Below are positions 12,964 to 25,245 of a stretch of 64,000 nt of DNA, piece after piece. Positions within the stretch are counted from its first letter, which is position 1. Each line of letters begins with the position of its first letter. The notes beneath the pieces were generated by a model. The model was not told the DNA's origin. It saw nothing but the letters and a program-made list of their open reading frames with translations, and made no database searches. The stretch covers positions 186,001 to 250,000 of the forward strand of contig SMSO01000005.1 in the NCBI GenBank assembly GCA_004764695.1, in the 5' to 3' direction. The stretch is from Schizochytrium sp. TIO01 (taxonomy: Eukaryota > Protista > Bigyra: Labyrinthulomycetes). The position numbers and the translations under genes were made by a program.

Positions 12964-15867
12964 TCACTCAAAGCAAAGTGGTCGTTGAGAGCTTGTTGCT
13001 TGGTGATCAGGCTCGTCGGCTCGCAGCCAGGTATAGGCTCGGCGGTCGTGTTCCCAAGCAACGAGCATTTTATGGAGGTGTAACCGTGGCACATTATGGA
13101 GTCCCCGCTGATGTAAAGCCTTCAAACTCACGGCATGAGGAGGTAACGACCAAATCAGTACATTGGCACCATGACGAAACGCTTCTTTTAAGTACCAAGC
13201 ATACTGCGAGAGCCGGATGTGAGTGTTGTCGATGATGGCCAGACGGCGGTCATGGGAAAACGGTTCCGCAGCTACAGTTTCATCGCCTCGGGATTCGTTT
13301 GCAGAAGTAACTCCTGTGGTACAAGTACGGCCTGCGCCCTGTAGTAGAAACTCCTGAAACTCGCGCCGGCATGCCGTGTGAGCTTGCTGCACATCCTCGC
13401 TGTCTTGATTGACATCCAGATAATCTACTGATGATTCGGAACGCCGAAAGTTGTCTGCGGAACAAATTGCAAGTCTGTAGCCATGGTGCTCACCAATGCG
13501 CCCCAATCGCTGGGCCAAAGTGGTCTTGCCACTGCCGGGCAAACCACGCAGAATCACCACAACATAATGATGTGCCAGATCGACTGCTCCAAGCAAATGC
13601 TGCTCGAGAACTGTGTCCGCATTATCGTGTGCCGCGAATGATTCCCAAAGGTTCACATTTGTTAGTGCATGAACAAGTGAAAACTTGCGAGATTTTAGAG
13701 CATGACGGATAAACTCTCTTAGCTGATGAAGACAATCTACGTCGTCAAATGAACCAGAGTACTTTATAGGCAAGTACACACGAATTACACTTGCTGGAAA
13801 ACCTTGTTTCTTAGCCTTTTCAGAAGCACAATATTGCATTGCTTCCCATGAAAGACCTTGATCATCTGCAGCTTGATGGCATGCATGTGCCCAACCCATC
13901 AATAATTTATGCAATTCGTCCAAGCCACATCGGAGCTTTCGCACTTGGGTAAGAGCATGTCGCTGGTCATCTTCATTCTGAAGTTTAGATATGGCAAGTC
14001 CAACCGCATCATCTATTGCTCCGACCTCCTCATCAAGGGCAAGCAAACACACGTCACGAACACATTCGCTCGGAGCTCTACTTGTATGCCCCCGTGATAA
14101 CATGCTTCGCGATATCTCCAAATATTCCTCGGTTTTCAGTTTAAAGCGCTGGCCATTCGCTAAAACCAGTACACAGCCTTCAATTCCACGAAGATTTCGA
14201 ATTCGCTGCACATGTGATCCAAACTCACCAGCACGAATTACACCATGAAAGCCCACCGTTCGTAAGGAGAACCGTTCGGCTTTTCTAAACAGCTCCTGAC
14301 TGTTTACATATTCGCCAGAAATATTCCATCTTGCACCAAGTAGAACCAGGTCATCCGCTGGATAACTGAGTGCTCCTACTGGAGCTTCACATGATAAGAA
14401 CTCAAACAGCGGTGTTAACCCTTGTCGCGCACACTCTAACGCAAAGGCATCATATCCAGGATGTCGTTTTGCAAAGTCCGTCGCGTCTGCGTTTGGTGTT
14501 GTTCGCCCTGCCCAGCAGACTATCTGGCTTGGGGTAACTGCACAATCTGGGACAGGTGTAACTAAAGAGCCATCTAGCTTTTCCCATAATTCACCTTCAA
14601 CGTTGTGTAGGTCTTCGGCAAGGCTGCTTTCATGTTCGTTGATGTTGAAGAATTTGTGGAAGCGCCGAGATAAAATGTGCCCTGTTCGAGCACAGACAAG
14701 CAAACCACGACACTCATACTGTAAAAGAGTTGTCTCTTGGTCTCCTCGCTGGTTCACGATAGGCCACTCTACTTTCCTCTGATCATAATCAAACGCAATG
14801 TAGTGCTCGTCAACTTTCTTCTCAAAAAACCCTGGACAATCTTGTAATGCCGCGCGAATCTTCGGCAAAGCCGGACCATCTAGAGATATAAATTGGTTTC
14901 GATCTGATTGCACATGGGATTTAGAAAAGTCACCTACCAGTGATATAGTGCCTGTTGTCCTTTCATCGATCGTCTTCTCTTCAAAAGCTGCCTTCAACAC
15001 GCTTTCGACCTCAGCCAAGCTGGTTTGGTAGTCTTCAGTATATAGAACAAAGCTGCCATTTCTGACAGTCCACGGCTTTGCATGGCGATCTTGATCATCA
15101 ATCAAGATCGCATTAGGCTGACTAAATTGCGCCTTTGCTCGGGACATGACAGTGTGTACGACAATATTATCCCCTAAGTGACGCTGGCACCAGATACGCT
15201 TCTGCTCTGCTACTGTGTGAAAGCCAATCTTTGGACAGCCTGTGAGAATCTCGACTCTAGCATTGTACGCTCTGCTGAGCGCTGTAAGACCCTCCCATAG
15301 AACTTCTCCTTCGGGCATCCATGGCAAATTTGTAAAGAAATCAGGAGCAGATAAAATGACGTTCCACAATTTATTCTTTCCAAGCTCATCAGCCGTCTTC
15401 CCTGTGAGCATGTGAACTCCACTAGCAAAATTTGCAAGGACGCCATCGAGATCACAGAAAATACGAGCACCTGTGCCTGTGCGTTGAGATTTTGCCTGTC
15501 GAATTATCAAAGGAAAATCAGGTACATGGACTTGCTTTTCGGCGAGTTCACTCGGGTTGATTTTAGCCCCAGAAATATGCACAAACCCTTCGCCCAAAGA
15601 CACAGCTAGTTGGGTGTCATTCTCAACAATATTAGGTACAAACTCATCATCGTTACTTGGAACCTCTGTACCTTCGAGCACCGCGCTTCCCTTGGGTGCT
15701 TTCCTGACAAATAAGCGAATACTTTTAGCTTGCTTTTTGCTAATCTTGAGTTTGTTTGCAGCAGCATTGCGCAATGCTTCAAAGGAGCACGATTTCACCA
15801 AGACGCAGCCTGTTGCCACGCAGCCTCCGTTACGTGCGAAGGTTACTCGTACACGAGTGGGAGCCAT
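12964..15867 (-). CDS. Multidomain RNA repair enzyme: N-terminal ~100-aa module + HAD (NT5C-like) phosphatase + T4 Rnl1-like ATP-dependent RNA ligase + P-loop polynucleotide kinase (AAA_33/N4BP2-like)
   Basis: HAD motif I IFCDLDGVL and motif IV ILIDD. Rnl1 motifs ECRGL..RFHKFFNINE, EKLDGSL (KxDG), FEF, EGCVL, FKLK. Walker A LRGLPGSGKTT, IIDNTH, and HNVP...ML..WE. Intronless 967-aa ORF. Confidence 0.85.
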   Translation of the reverse strand: MAPTRVRVTFARNGGCVATGCVLVKSCSFEALRNAAANKLKISKKQAKSIRLFVRKAPKGSAVLEGTEVPSNDDEFVPNIVENDTQLAVSLGEGFVHISGAKINPSELAEKQVHVPDFPLIIRQAKSQRTGTGARIFCDLDGVLANFASGVHMLTGKTADELGKNKLWNVILSAPDFFTNLPWMPEGEVLWEGLTALSRAYNARVEILTGCPKIGFHTVAEQKRIWCQRHLGDNIVVHTVMSRAKAQFSQPNAILIDDQDRHAKPWTVRNGSFVLYTEDYQTSLAEVESVLKAAFEEKTIDERTTGTISLVGDFSKSHVQSDRNQFISLDGPALPKIRAALQDCPGFFEKKVDEHYIAFDYDQRKVEWPIVNQRGDQETTLLQYECRGLLVCARTGHILSRRFHKFFNINEHESSLAEDLHNVEGELWEKLDGSLVTPVPDCAVTPSQIVCWAGRTTPNADATDFAKRHPGYDAFALECARQGLTPLFEFLSCEAPVGALSYPADDLVLLGARWNISGEYVNSQELFRKAERFSLRTVGFHGVIRAGEFGSHVQRIRNLRGIEGCVLVLANGQRFKLKTEEYLEISRSMLSRGHTSRAPSECVRDVCLLALDEEVGAIDDAVGLAISKLQNEDDQRHALTQVRKLRCGLDELHKLLMGWAHACHQAADDQGLSWEAMQYCASEKAKKQGFPASVIRVYLPIKYSGSFDDVDCLHQLREFIRHALKSRKFSLVHALTNVNLWESFAAHDNADTVLEQHLLGAVDLAHHYVVVILRGLPGSGKTTLAQRLGRIGEHHGYRLAICSADNFRRSESSVDYLDVNQDSEDVQQAHTACRREFQEFLLQGAGRTCTTGVTSANESRGDETVAAEPFSHDRRLAIIDNTHIRLSQYAWYLKEAFRHGANVLIWSLPPHAVSLKALHQRGLHNVPRLHLHKMLVAWEHDRRAYTWLRADEPDHQATSSQRPLCFE

Positions 15868-18800
15868 TCTCAGCCACCGGCAAGAACTCCCACTTTGAGC
15901 TGCCTCGTCAATACTTGTGTATTCGCAGCACTGAATACTCTCCCTGCAAGGTCAGATACCTCTCAAGCTTGTTTGCTTCCATTGCCAGGCTCCAAGCCCG
16001 ACGTCAGCCACACCTGACGCATACTTTACAGCGCATTCGCGATCCTCTGACGTGCCTTTATAGATCTGTAGCGGTTCTGCCAAGGTTCCTATTTGTAGAA
16101 ATAGTACCTGTTAGTGAGTACTAGTATTCTCTGCTAGTATTAGTAGCTAATCTTTTAGTTATTATTATTGTTAGGGCCTGGTTCTACGAGAGAGGTGATA
16201 TTAGTGCTAAGGCGATTACTAGAAATCTGCCTCAATGATCCCAAAGTTAAACTGAGAGACTATTGCCGGTTGGAGTTTAGGTGTATGATGGATACAATGA
16301 CTGCCACGCGCATGGTTCCAGTTGTAGTTGAAGAAGCGATGCAGAGCATGAGTGAGTGGAAGTCTGTCTTCCGCATGCTCTGGGAGGAAACTCCTCTTTC
16401 TGTAAACATGAGAAATGGTGGTAACGCAGATGAAGTAAAGAAATTGGGTACTAGGATTAAAGATTCTCCACGAAATTAAACATAACTAAATGAAGATGCA
16501 AGCTTTAACAACGTTTTGAGATATTTTCATGTGTTAGATCATGTACCTACCCTGTCTCTGCACGATCATGTACGCAGTATTCTGTTGGTGATATCTCATA
16601 GTGAGCATGTATATGCGTGAACTTATGCTAAATCTTGCTTTTTAGTCCCTGGGTACGGTGATGTGACATTTTTCAAACTCTCACAACATAAACATGTGGT
16701 AACTGCAGAAATGAAACGCCATGCCCACAGGCTCTGAAGGCAGTGCATAGTGCTGGCATGCTTCACAAAAATGTTCTATTACGTAGTTATTTTGTGGAAT
16801 GACAAGTCTGTATTAGTCATTGGCTTTGGCGAATCTTTGGTCTGCACTAACCTTACGCAATTTGCTAGAAAAGTTGAGAACCTTTGGAATTTATCACCAC
16901 GATATATATTTGCTTGCTTGTAGATCAGTGTTCTCCACGATAACATCCTGCATTTACACATGTGCACCTCAAATGTTCCTGAGCTATCTTAAAAAATCAA
17001 TTGGTATTTGTCTTGCAGAACTAGAGAACTCTACAGGATTTATAAGCAAATAGAACCTTAGACTCATTTCTATATCCGGTAGGTAACTAGATACACAGGC
17101 CTCCAGGGCATTTTGAGGCCAACGTGACGAGAAGATCAACTTTGTGATTTCTATATTTATGGAAGAGCCCCATTCGTTCCCGGAATTGTGCAAAAGGTGA
17201 ATTATATTTTATGCGAACAAACAATTAAGCCCTTGTGCTAAACTAGTTAGTGTGTGCGCGCACCTATACAAAGTTCAGTAAAGAAGGTGATCGAAACGCT
17301 GGGATGCGAAGGGATACAATCGAGGATGTTAAAATTCAAATTACTTGTTTCTATTCTACAAGGATTTGGAAAGAAGTTGCAGTGATCATGCAGCCAAAAA
17401 AGGAAATGATACACGTATTTGATCAAGGAAGGTTGAAATTTACTATTTTTAAAGAACATAAAATGTAACATGATGGATCAAAGCAGCAATATGGAAAATA
17501 CATGCTATCGTCTATCTTTGAGACTTCGGCTTGCACATTTCATATATTTTTTCTTTTATGACAATGACAAAGGCACTCGATCTCTCTTTCAGCAAAACGT
17601 CTGCCGATACGCTTACTCTCTAATGGAGTTTGAGGTTTATACTTTAGGTACAATGCAAACCAGGATTGATTCAGGATGTCCTCTGCAATCTGAACAGTAA
17701 GACTCGGGTAAAGCAGAAATTTATCGAGAGGGGGAATTAGGTGATGGCTTATACCGTTACACAAAGAATCCTTGCAGGAATAGCATGTTGTCGAACTTTC
17801 CAAATCTTCGATTTTCTAAAGCACATTCCTGCAAACTTCTGAGCTTGCGGAGCTGATTATTGAGGAGCTGAGTGGACATTTTCGGCAGCAATTGAGACAC
17901 TTACACGACTTTTGCTGGAGGCAATTGATGGCTTTCTAAACCCAGCACATAGCACGGCGCAGAATCTATTCGGAGAACATTACACAAACTTTTAATGAAT
18001 GCACTACGATTTGTTGCGTCACTTTTTATCTCCAGAGCGCCCCCTGATGCTCATAAACTGAGTCGCAAACTAGGAATCTATACATGCAGTTTTGGCGGAC
18101 TTTGATTGAATATTGAAGGTAAGAGCACGCTCAACTTGGCTATTAGCCTGTGTCTTCGGTCTTGCTTCCACTTCTCATTTGAGAACGGATTAAAATTGCA
18201 CAAATTCTTGCTCGCAAAGTTAGACTCTGGGACGCTGCGTTTCATGCCTGTTGCTTGTTGGTTGGTCTGTGTCCCACAATAAGCTGAGTAAAAGAATCAT
18301 GAAAAGCTCTTGAGATTTTGGAGTCAATCCTGCTTGCGATGGCGTCGCAAATTGCTTGCAGCTTTTCAGGAGATGCCCAAGTTTTGTTATAATGCAGACA
18401 TGATCTATGCTAAGTTCGGCGAGCCTTTCCAAGTTGTATTTTCTCATTTGAGAGCAAATGTCAGTATCTCCATTCAGGTTGCTGTACCTATGCTACGCTC
18501 CACTGCGAGTATCAGCATCATCATTTTCATCGTCTGAGCCAGTTGGTCCTCATCTTTTTCCTATTATTCTAACCGATGAGAAGAACTGATGAGAAGACCA
18601 AGCGAACCTCACCTGGCAATCGCGCTATGTCCAAAGCATCCTTCGGCAGGGTTTCGCTATAACGCAATAAACCCGCGCCTCCATTGTCGAAGCCTTTGGT
18701 ACCTACTAACTACTTATTGCCTAGCTCTCTAGCTAGAGAGCGCATGCAGAAAAGCTGACTTGCTTGAACTTGAAGGTTCTTTTAACATGTCAAGAAAAAG

Positions 18801-19170
18801 AAGAAATAAATTTTTATTTTGTTTTCTCTTTTTCCTTTTTCAAATTTTTTAAATTAAAATTGAAAACCTGTTTTGCTGCCACCAGCGTGTCTTCATCGAG
18901 TCCTGTTTGAAAACACCACCCAGCCATAGATGGCGGCTTCTCCGTCATGGTTATACATAGGCACCTATAACCCTTAAGTAGGTAGTACAAATTGATGTGC
19001 TCGTAGCACCAAGCGTCAACGAGGAAGCTCTGTCTGGGAAGAGGCACGCAAATGATTTGCTCAACAGCCGTTTCTCTGCTCTTGTAGCTAGCTAGCTATA
19101 AGGTCACCAGGCAGGGTTCGGGACCGTCAAAACTGGAGACGTTCCAACCGGAAGAGGCATCCAGCAATCC

Positions 19171-19248
19171 ATTCATTCATTCATTCATTCATTCATTCAT
19201 TCATTCATTCATTCATCCATCCATCCATCCATCCATCCATTCATTCAT
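19171..19248. repeat. Compound (TTCA)n/(TCCA)n microsatellite
   Basis: Seen directly. Confidence 0.9.
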
Positions 19249-20670
19249 TAGCATTGCACTCTTGTCTGATATATTCACCTCATTAATTGGTTGATTGCTT
19301 GATTCATCCTAATATTGATTCGTCCATTTTCAACGAGCTATTCGTAGAGATTCAGGAGTGCTTGGTCCTCCTGCCAAGTAGGTAGGTACCTATTGTGAAT
19401 GAATTGGAGAGCGAGGCGCCAGGATTTTGCGCGAAGCGGTTTCCAATCTCGTTCACTTGCTAAGCTAAGTAATACGCAAATTCTTTGCATCGTCAGAGTC
19501 GCTCACAAATTGTCACAGTTGCTGAGCCTGAACTTCCTCGAGATGCGTGCTACTACTGCTGATTGGTAGGTAGGCAACTGGCTTCATTCCGAGCGCCTCG
19601 AGGTCCTTCAGGTTCTTCTTTCAGTCCTCGTTACGGTTCATCAGTTCGCTTCAAGAGTTCGCTTCTTCAAGGCTGCTCCAGTGGATTCATGTGCTATGAG
19701 TTGTGATGCCACCCACGGTCAAATGTGCATGAGTCTTCGTTTCCTCATTGATTTCTGTGTGTACCTACCTCCGTGCGCATGTGTATGTATGCTCCAAGCC
19801 GTCATTGGTTCTATACTACAGACATAGAATACCGATCTCGCTCCATCGCGAGGGAGGTGCCAAATCTCTTCGCAAAGTCCTGCCGCCTCGCATCAGCTCG
19901 CACATGGTGCCACGCCTTGCAGGGAGCAGATCCTCTGGGTACTTTAAGTTGCCACGTGGTTGATCGCCGAAGCTCTCCCAGCTTCAAGTCGAGCGCATTG
20001 CATTTGCGTCTCGAGTCCCATGACCTCTTCCCGCATCATCAGAGCGCAGTTCTTCATATTTGTAGGAGGCGTACAGCGCAGTCGGAGCCCCGAGTTTCAC
20101 AGCTTTCATCTCCACCACCACCACGCCCGGCCCCGAACCGAGCGAGAGATCCATCAACTGCCTGCCTGCCGGCAAGGGAAGAAGACTCCGCTCGACTCGA
20201 ACGAACTCGAGAAGCTGCGCTCCAACCCGTGGCGCAAAGCTCAGCCGCAGCTATCGCTCCAGGGCGTCTGTGTTTTATTTGGAAAGCGGCCTTCGCAGTT
20301 GAAGCTGAAGAAGGTGCTACAAGTTATCCCGCCTGCTCCAAGAGTCCGCCTTTCAAGAACAGCGCGCTGCTTCGAAGCCTCGCCTCGCCGCCGCCGCCGC
20401 CGCCGCCACCGCCTCTCCGCAAAGCGCGGCCTGGGCCCGTCAGCCTGGTCTGGTCTGGCCTGGCACGCCTCTGCGAGGCGAGCGAGCACCCAGCGCACGG
20501 GGACCCGAGAGCGCCCAGCTCGCAGTTTGCCAACGTGGTCTCGCGAGTCTCCAATTACTCATAGCGGGGGCTTACACACATGCAATTAATTCACCATAAT
20601 ACACACACATGCATATTACATATTACATAATACATACATAATACACACCGAATACAGATTACAGAATACA

Positions 20671-20946
20671 GCATACATTCATACATACACACATTCATAC
20701 ATTCATACATTCATACATTCATACATTCATACATTCATACATTCATACATTCATACATTCATACATTCATACATTCATACATTCATACATTCATACATTC
20801 ATACATTCATACATTCATACATTCATACATTCATACATTCATACAGAATGCATTCATACATTCATGCATTCATACATTCATACATTCATACAGAATACAT
20901 TCATACATTCATACATTCATACATTCATACAGAATACATTCATACG
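20671..20946. repeat. (CATTCATA)n 8-bp tandem repeat, perfect core with degenerate edges
   Basis: Seen directly. Confidence 0.9.
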
Positions 20947-22759
20947 TGATCCGCATTCACAAACGCACGACTATATGCGCAACAAGCGACCAAGTCGTCA
21001 TCATCAGCCTCGAACTCGGGCTCGTAAAGCCGACCAAAACTTCGGGGAGCGGGCAGCACACGGAGAAGCTAAACCAAGTCAGGCTTGGTGCAAGTGCGCA
21101 AAGCCCTGGAGCAAGCAAGCGGGCTCCTCCCGGCCTGGCGCCAAGAACTGGCGTATCCTAGGCGAGTTCGACCGCAATGCTTCGTCGTATTAGCGCCTTA
21201 GCGCGAGCGAACTCTTCGATTGTGGTTACCTCCAAAACGGCGATTACCTCTAAAATTACGATCGATGTTATAAAATGCAAAGCAAGCAAAACTCGACGAG
21301 TCTTCAGTAAAATGCAGAAGAATAAGCGCACAAGTACAGTCAAAGAGCTCAGGAGCCTATCGTCATGCGCTGCCGTTTCTCGCTGTGCCTCCAGCTGTGG
21401 TCCAGGATATCCTCGATGCTCCGTTGTATCCTCGACTATTTATTCCGTGATATCCTCTATAAGCCAGCATATCCTAGGAGTCTCGAGCCGCGCTTCCAAC
21501 TTGGGTTTGCGCCGAGACTTTGCGCGGCATTAGTACGTACTACAGAAGTAGCACGAGGTGGAGTTAGCTAGCCAGTCGGTTAGACAAGCAGGCTTTGGCG
21601 AGGTGCTCGAAGACTGCCGGAGGGCCTTGGCGACCTTGGCTTCGAGTTGGCCCGTCAGCTCAGTTCTCCGAGGGTCTGTCCCTGTTTTCTGGCCAGTTTT
21701 TGCATCCATTACGTGCTTCGTTTTCCTTTTCCTGGGTTTATGAATTAGTTTTATTATGGCTGCTGCTGCTTTTTTTTTAACCCTATCATTAGGTCTAAGT
21801 TAGTTTAGTTTTACAAAACCTTTTTCCACCTTTTGACGAGAGTTTTTAAACGCGAGACCAGTCCTATACCACGGATACCACAAACTATACCACCCCCGCT
21901 CCCTCCATATTAGCGCCATGAATTTGCGACTCTTCGTCGCTGGGAAGCCCTAGTCACCCACCTACCGTAAACGTATAGGAGGGGCGCTCGGCGCAAATTG
22001 ACAACTAGCGTGGCGTGCGAATGTACAGGACACAGCGCATGGAGCACGTAGCGGCTTAGGAGTGCCAGTAGGAATCGAGATGGTAGGGATGAATGTGGGA
22101 GGAGTGCTAGTGGCTGGCTAGGCCTAACGGTAGGGCTGGAGGTGCCATAGTAGAATCATGGTACAGAGCTCGCGAGCAATGCAAAAGCTTGAGCCCGAAG
22201 CCTGAGAACTGCAAGCTGGCGAAGAAAAAACGCTGTGCAATGCGCATGTGCTGGGGCCATAAAGGCAGCGAGACAGCCGAGGAAGCTAGGAAGTACAACA
22301 TAGCATAGGAAGGGTAGCAGAACAGAAGAAGCGCCAATTCCTCTCGCAAACAGATTTGGAAACGAAGGTCGGCGCACCTAGAAGGAAGAATTGTTGATAA
22401 TAAATTTATAAAAATAAAAAGGAGCTGTTCAGGTGTGGACTAGCTGGCGCCGCCAAGCAGCAAACCCCAAACTCGGACAGAGGCGCCGAGGCAAACGAGA
22501 TTAGAAAAGCAGCCAAAGACCAACGAAGCTGAAGAGGTGGTCAACGACATATATCTCATCTGTATCTTTACAAATTGTATAATTGATTGCGGAGAAGAAG
22601 AATAACAAGTGAGCGTGAAAACAAGTTTACGAGTCCAGCAAGAACTCCTGCTGCTGCCAGACTCTGTTTGCCGTTTAAAGAAAACACGAGAACGTAGAGC
22701 AGATTTTCTTTGGTGAACTCATCTGCAGAAAAGTTAAAGGTTAATAGGAGGTGGATATC

Positions 22760-24316
22760 ATGGCGGCGCACCCGAGACCCTGGCTTCAAGTCGTTAAAGA
22801 CAATGTGCCCTCCCGTCTGGTGCTTGTGGCCCTTGCCACTCGCTTGCTACTTTATGGAAACATTCGTGTGCTTTACCCTCTTAAGAACTTCATTGCGGAG
22901 GATTGGGGCATTTCCTCGACTGAAATGAATAACATTCTCGCAGCTGGTGAACTTAGCAGTATCGGAGCTGGTGTTGTTGGCTCGCTCGGTGATCGCTACG
23001 GTAATCGTGCTGTAGCACTCGGTTCCTGGGCCATGGTTGTGATTTTCTCTTGCATTGTTCTTTGCCCACCTTCTCTAGAACTCGAGATGGTTGCACGTAT
23101 CATCTCATCTTTGTTCGCAACAGTTTTCATGGTAGCAACACAGTCCGCAGTGGTAGCGGAGACTGATCCAAGCAAGATGGGCTTCGTTACTGGTATCTCT
23201 GAGTCCGGTTGGGGCTTCTCCATTCTTGCTCTTGTGCCAATTTTGACTGTAATCTACGAGAGTGGTGGCTGGCGTGCCATGTGGGGAACACTCTGTGGTC
23301 TTATGATCCCTATCTGTTTTGAGCTCTGGTTTAAATTTCCTGAAGATGACCGCTTCTTGAAGCAAAAGGAGCTTGAAGATGCTGACCAGAAATCCCTGGA
23401 GGACGAGCAAGTTGAGGAAGGCATCGCTAAAGAGGACGATAGTGTGAGCCACACGTCTTCGAACGATGAACGGGAAATGAAATCCTCCCTCGCGACTTCC
23501 TCTCGCCGGAAACATACAATCGATGGCCAAGTATCCTCTGCAAGTAACAAATTCACGTGGGCACGCTTCAAGGAATCGTCATACTACGCTTCTTTTACAC
23601 CTGGCCCGGTGATGTTCAACCTTTCCAGTTTGATTTTGAACATTGGGCACAACCTGATGTTTCTTGCTTTCACAGACTGGGCATCCATTTATTATGATGT
23701 TGATGCCGAGAGTATGGGTGTAGCAAGTTTTGGTATTGGTGCGGCGGAGTTAGCTGGTGATATTTGCGTTATCCTTTTCTCCGGTCGTATCGGCCTTTTG
23801 AACACAATCTACATTGCTGGCACCTTGTTCGCTATTGCCATGGGTATGTTCATCCTTGCTGCGGATCACTCTTTCGGCGCAGGTGTTGCCCTTGCTGCAA
23901 TTCTTTTCATGCCTGGTGAGGCCATGATTGTGTCTCAAATTGCCTTGGCTGAGTCCTACGTCGTTGAGAAACATCGAACCACTATGCTTGCGATGAATTA
24001 TCAGTGCCACTTCCTTGGTCGTGCCATTGGTGCTTTTATTGCAGATGCTATCTGGAACAGAGGTGAAGTGTTTTCTTCGGGTCTTTTGGGTGTTTGCTCT
24101 GCTGTTATCGCAGTTCTCCTACAGTTCTTTTCTGCCTACTACATTCCTAGCACTTCAGAGGAGGAAATTGAAGATTTGGATGGAGAAGACAAAGCAGAAG
24201 CAGAAGGCAATGCTCTCGAACTTCCTGAAGATAACCTAGATCAGGTTGGTATTGCTGAGGACACCCCGGCGGATGCTACCAACAACACCAGCATCAAAAA
24301 AATGGCTGTGGTCTAA
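22760..24316 (+). CDS. Major facilitator superfamily transporter, paralog 1
   Basis: MFS motif A GSLGDRYGNR; about 12 hydrophobic segments in a 6+6 layout with a long hydrophilic central loop. First ATG at 22760. Confidence 0.9.
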   Translation: MAAHPRPWLQVVKDNVPSRLVLVALATRLLLYGNIRVLYPLKNFIAEDWGISSTEMNNILAAGELSSIGAGVVGSLGDRYGNRAVALGSWAMVVIFSCIVLCPPSLELEMVARIISSLFATVFMVATQSAVVAETDPSKMGFVTGISESGWGFSILALVPILTVIYESGGWRAMWGTLCGLMIPICFELWFKFPEDDRFLKQKELEDADQKSLEDEQVEEGIAKEDDSVSHTSSNDEREMKSSLATSSRRKHTIDGQVSSASNKFTWARFKESSYYASFTPGPVMFNLSSLILNIGHNLMFLAFTDWASIYYDVDAESMGVASFGIGAAELAGDICVILFSGRIGLLNTIYIAGTLFAIAMGMFILAADHSFGAGVALAAILFMPGEAMIVSQIALAESYVVEKHRTTMLAMNYQCHFLGRAIGAFIADAIWNRGEVFSSGLLGVCSAVIAVLLQFFSAYYIPSTSEEEIEDLDGEDKAEAEGNALELPEDNLDQVGIAEDTPADATNNTSIKKMAVV

Positions 24317-25104
24317 GAACTTCTTAAAACCCAATTGTATTCCTCCTCTACGATAGCTTTTTTTTGCGCTGATCATTCCTTCCTACGCGGCCGAAAGGGT
24401 CATTCCCCCTTTTCTTTACTAGTATGAAAACTATTGGCTCCGCAATCAACCGCGATGTACCTTTATTTTCCTATTCCCATTCTCATAGAACAGAGTTGCC
24501 TTCAGCTCTCGTGTGCTAGTCTATTCATGTCAGCCAACAGATACATAGGTCTCTCAAAGGCTTTCATAACTAGGTAGTTCCTTTTGTTTACTGTTTGTAC
24601 TTGTAGTAGTAGTAGTGAAAAGATACACTATAATAACCATGTTCGATTCATTTTATGCCTTTCTCTCTCTTTCATGAACTTGTAATGCAGATTTTGAGCG
24701 CCTCAAAGGCAGTGACCAAACAACTTTGACCTTTTAAATCCTTGTTTCACATTATATCTATGAATGATTTCCGTAATGACCTGAGATGTGAAGTACCTTC
24801 TACACGATTTAGCTCAGACAAAAATCTCAATTGATCGACTTATCTTTGCACGCCTTTGCATAAGATGTTCCAAGCCCATCACCTCTACATTTTTGGGTCG
24901 CATCTATAACATCTTTGATGAACAACTTCCTTTGATCTAAAGTTGAAAATGTGAGGATATATCTCCTCTAACTTACCCCCAGATGAACAATCATACGACT
25001 CAAACACTAGGAAAACTACAGCCTGCATGGCCTAATCGTATTTCTTGCTGTTGCACGAGTCCATTGCACTGCCCATTTTTTACTCTATCTAGCAATATTC
25101 TCGA

Positions 25105-25245
25105 TAGTCATAGCAATTCAATCACTCTTAGTTTTAAAACTACAAAATTTGCAAAACCTGCATTTCATAGTAGGGCTAAGACCCGATCGCGGACTAGTTA
25201 GACTAACCCGCGACTCAATGAAATGATTTTTTTTAAATCATGTCC
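25105..25245 (-). ncRNA. Candidate Fanzor omegaRNA (scaffold at element right end plus flank-derived guide)
   Basis: Nested inverted repeats right after the Fanzor stop: catttcat 25161-68 / atgaaatg 25218-25; tcgcgg 25187-92 / ccgcga 25208-13; gttag/ctaac 25197-207; ggg..ccc 25173-84; palindrome tagttttaaaacta 25129-42. Position fits TnpB/Fanzor omegaRNAs. Confidence 0.65.

Noticed and set aside
16168-18540. Possible decayed gene or transposon remnants
   Set aside because: Fragmented short ORFs with no family motif I can identify.
19748-21780. ORFs of 200-260 aa around a (CCG)n run and the 8-bp repeat
   Set aside because: Non-ATG starts, low complexity, overlapping on both strands, no domain signal.
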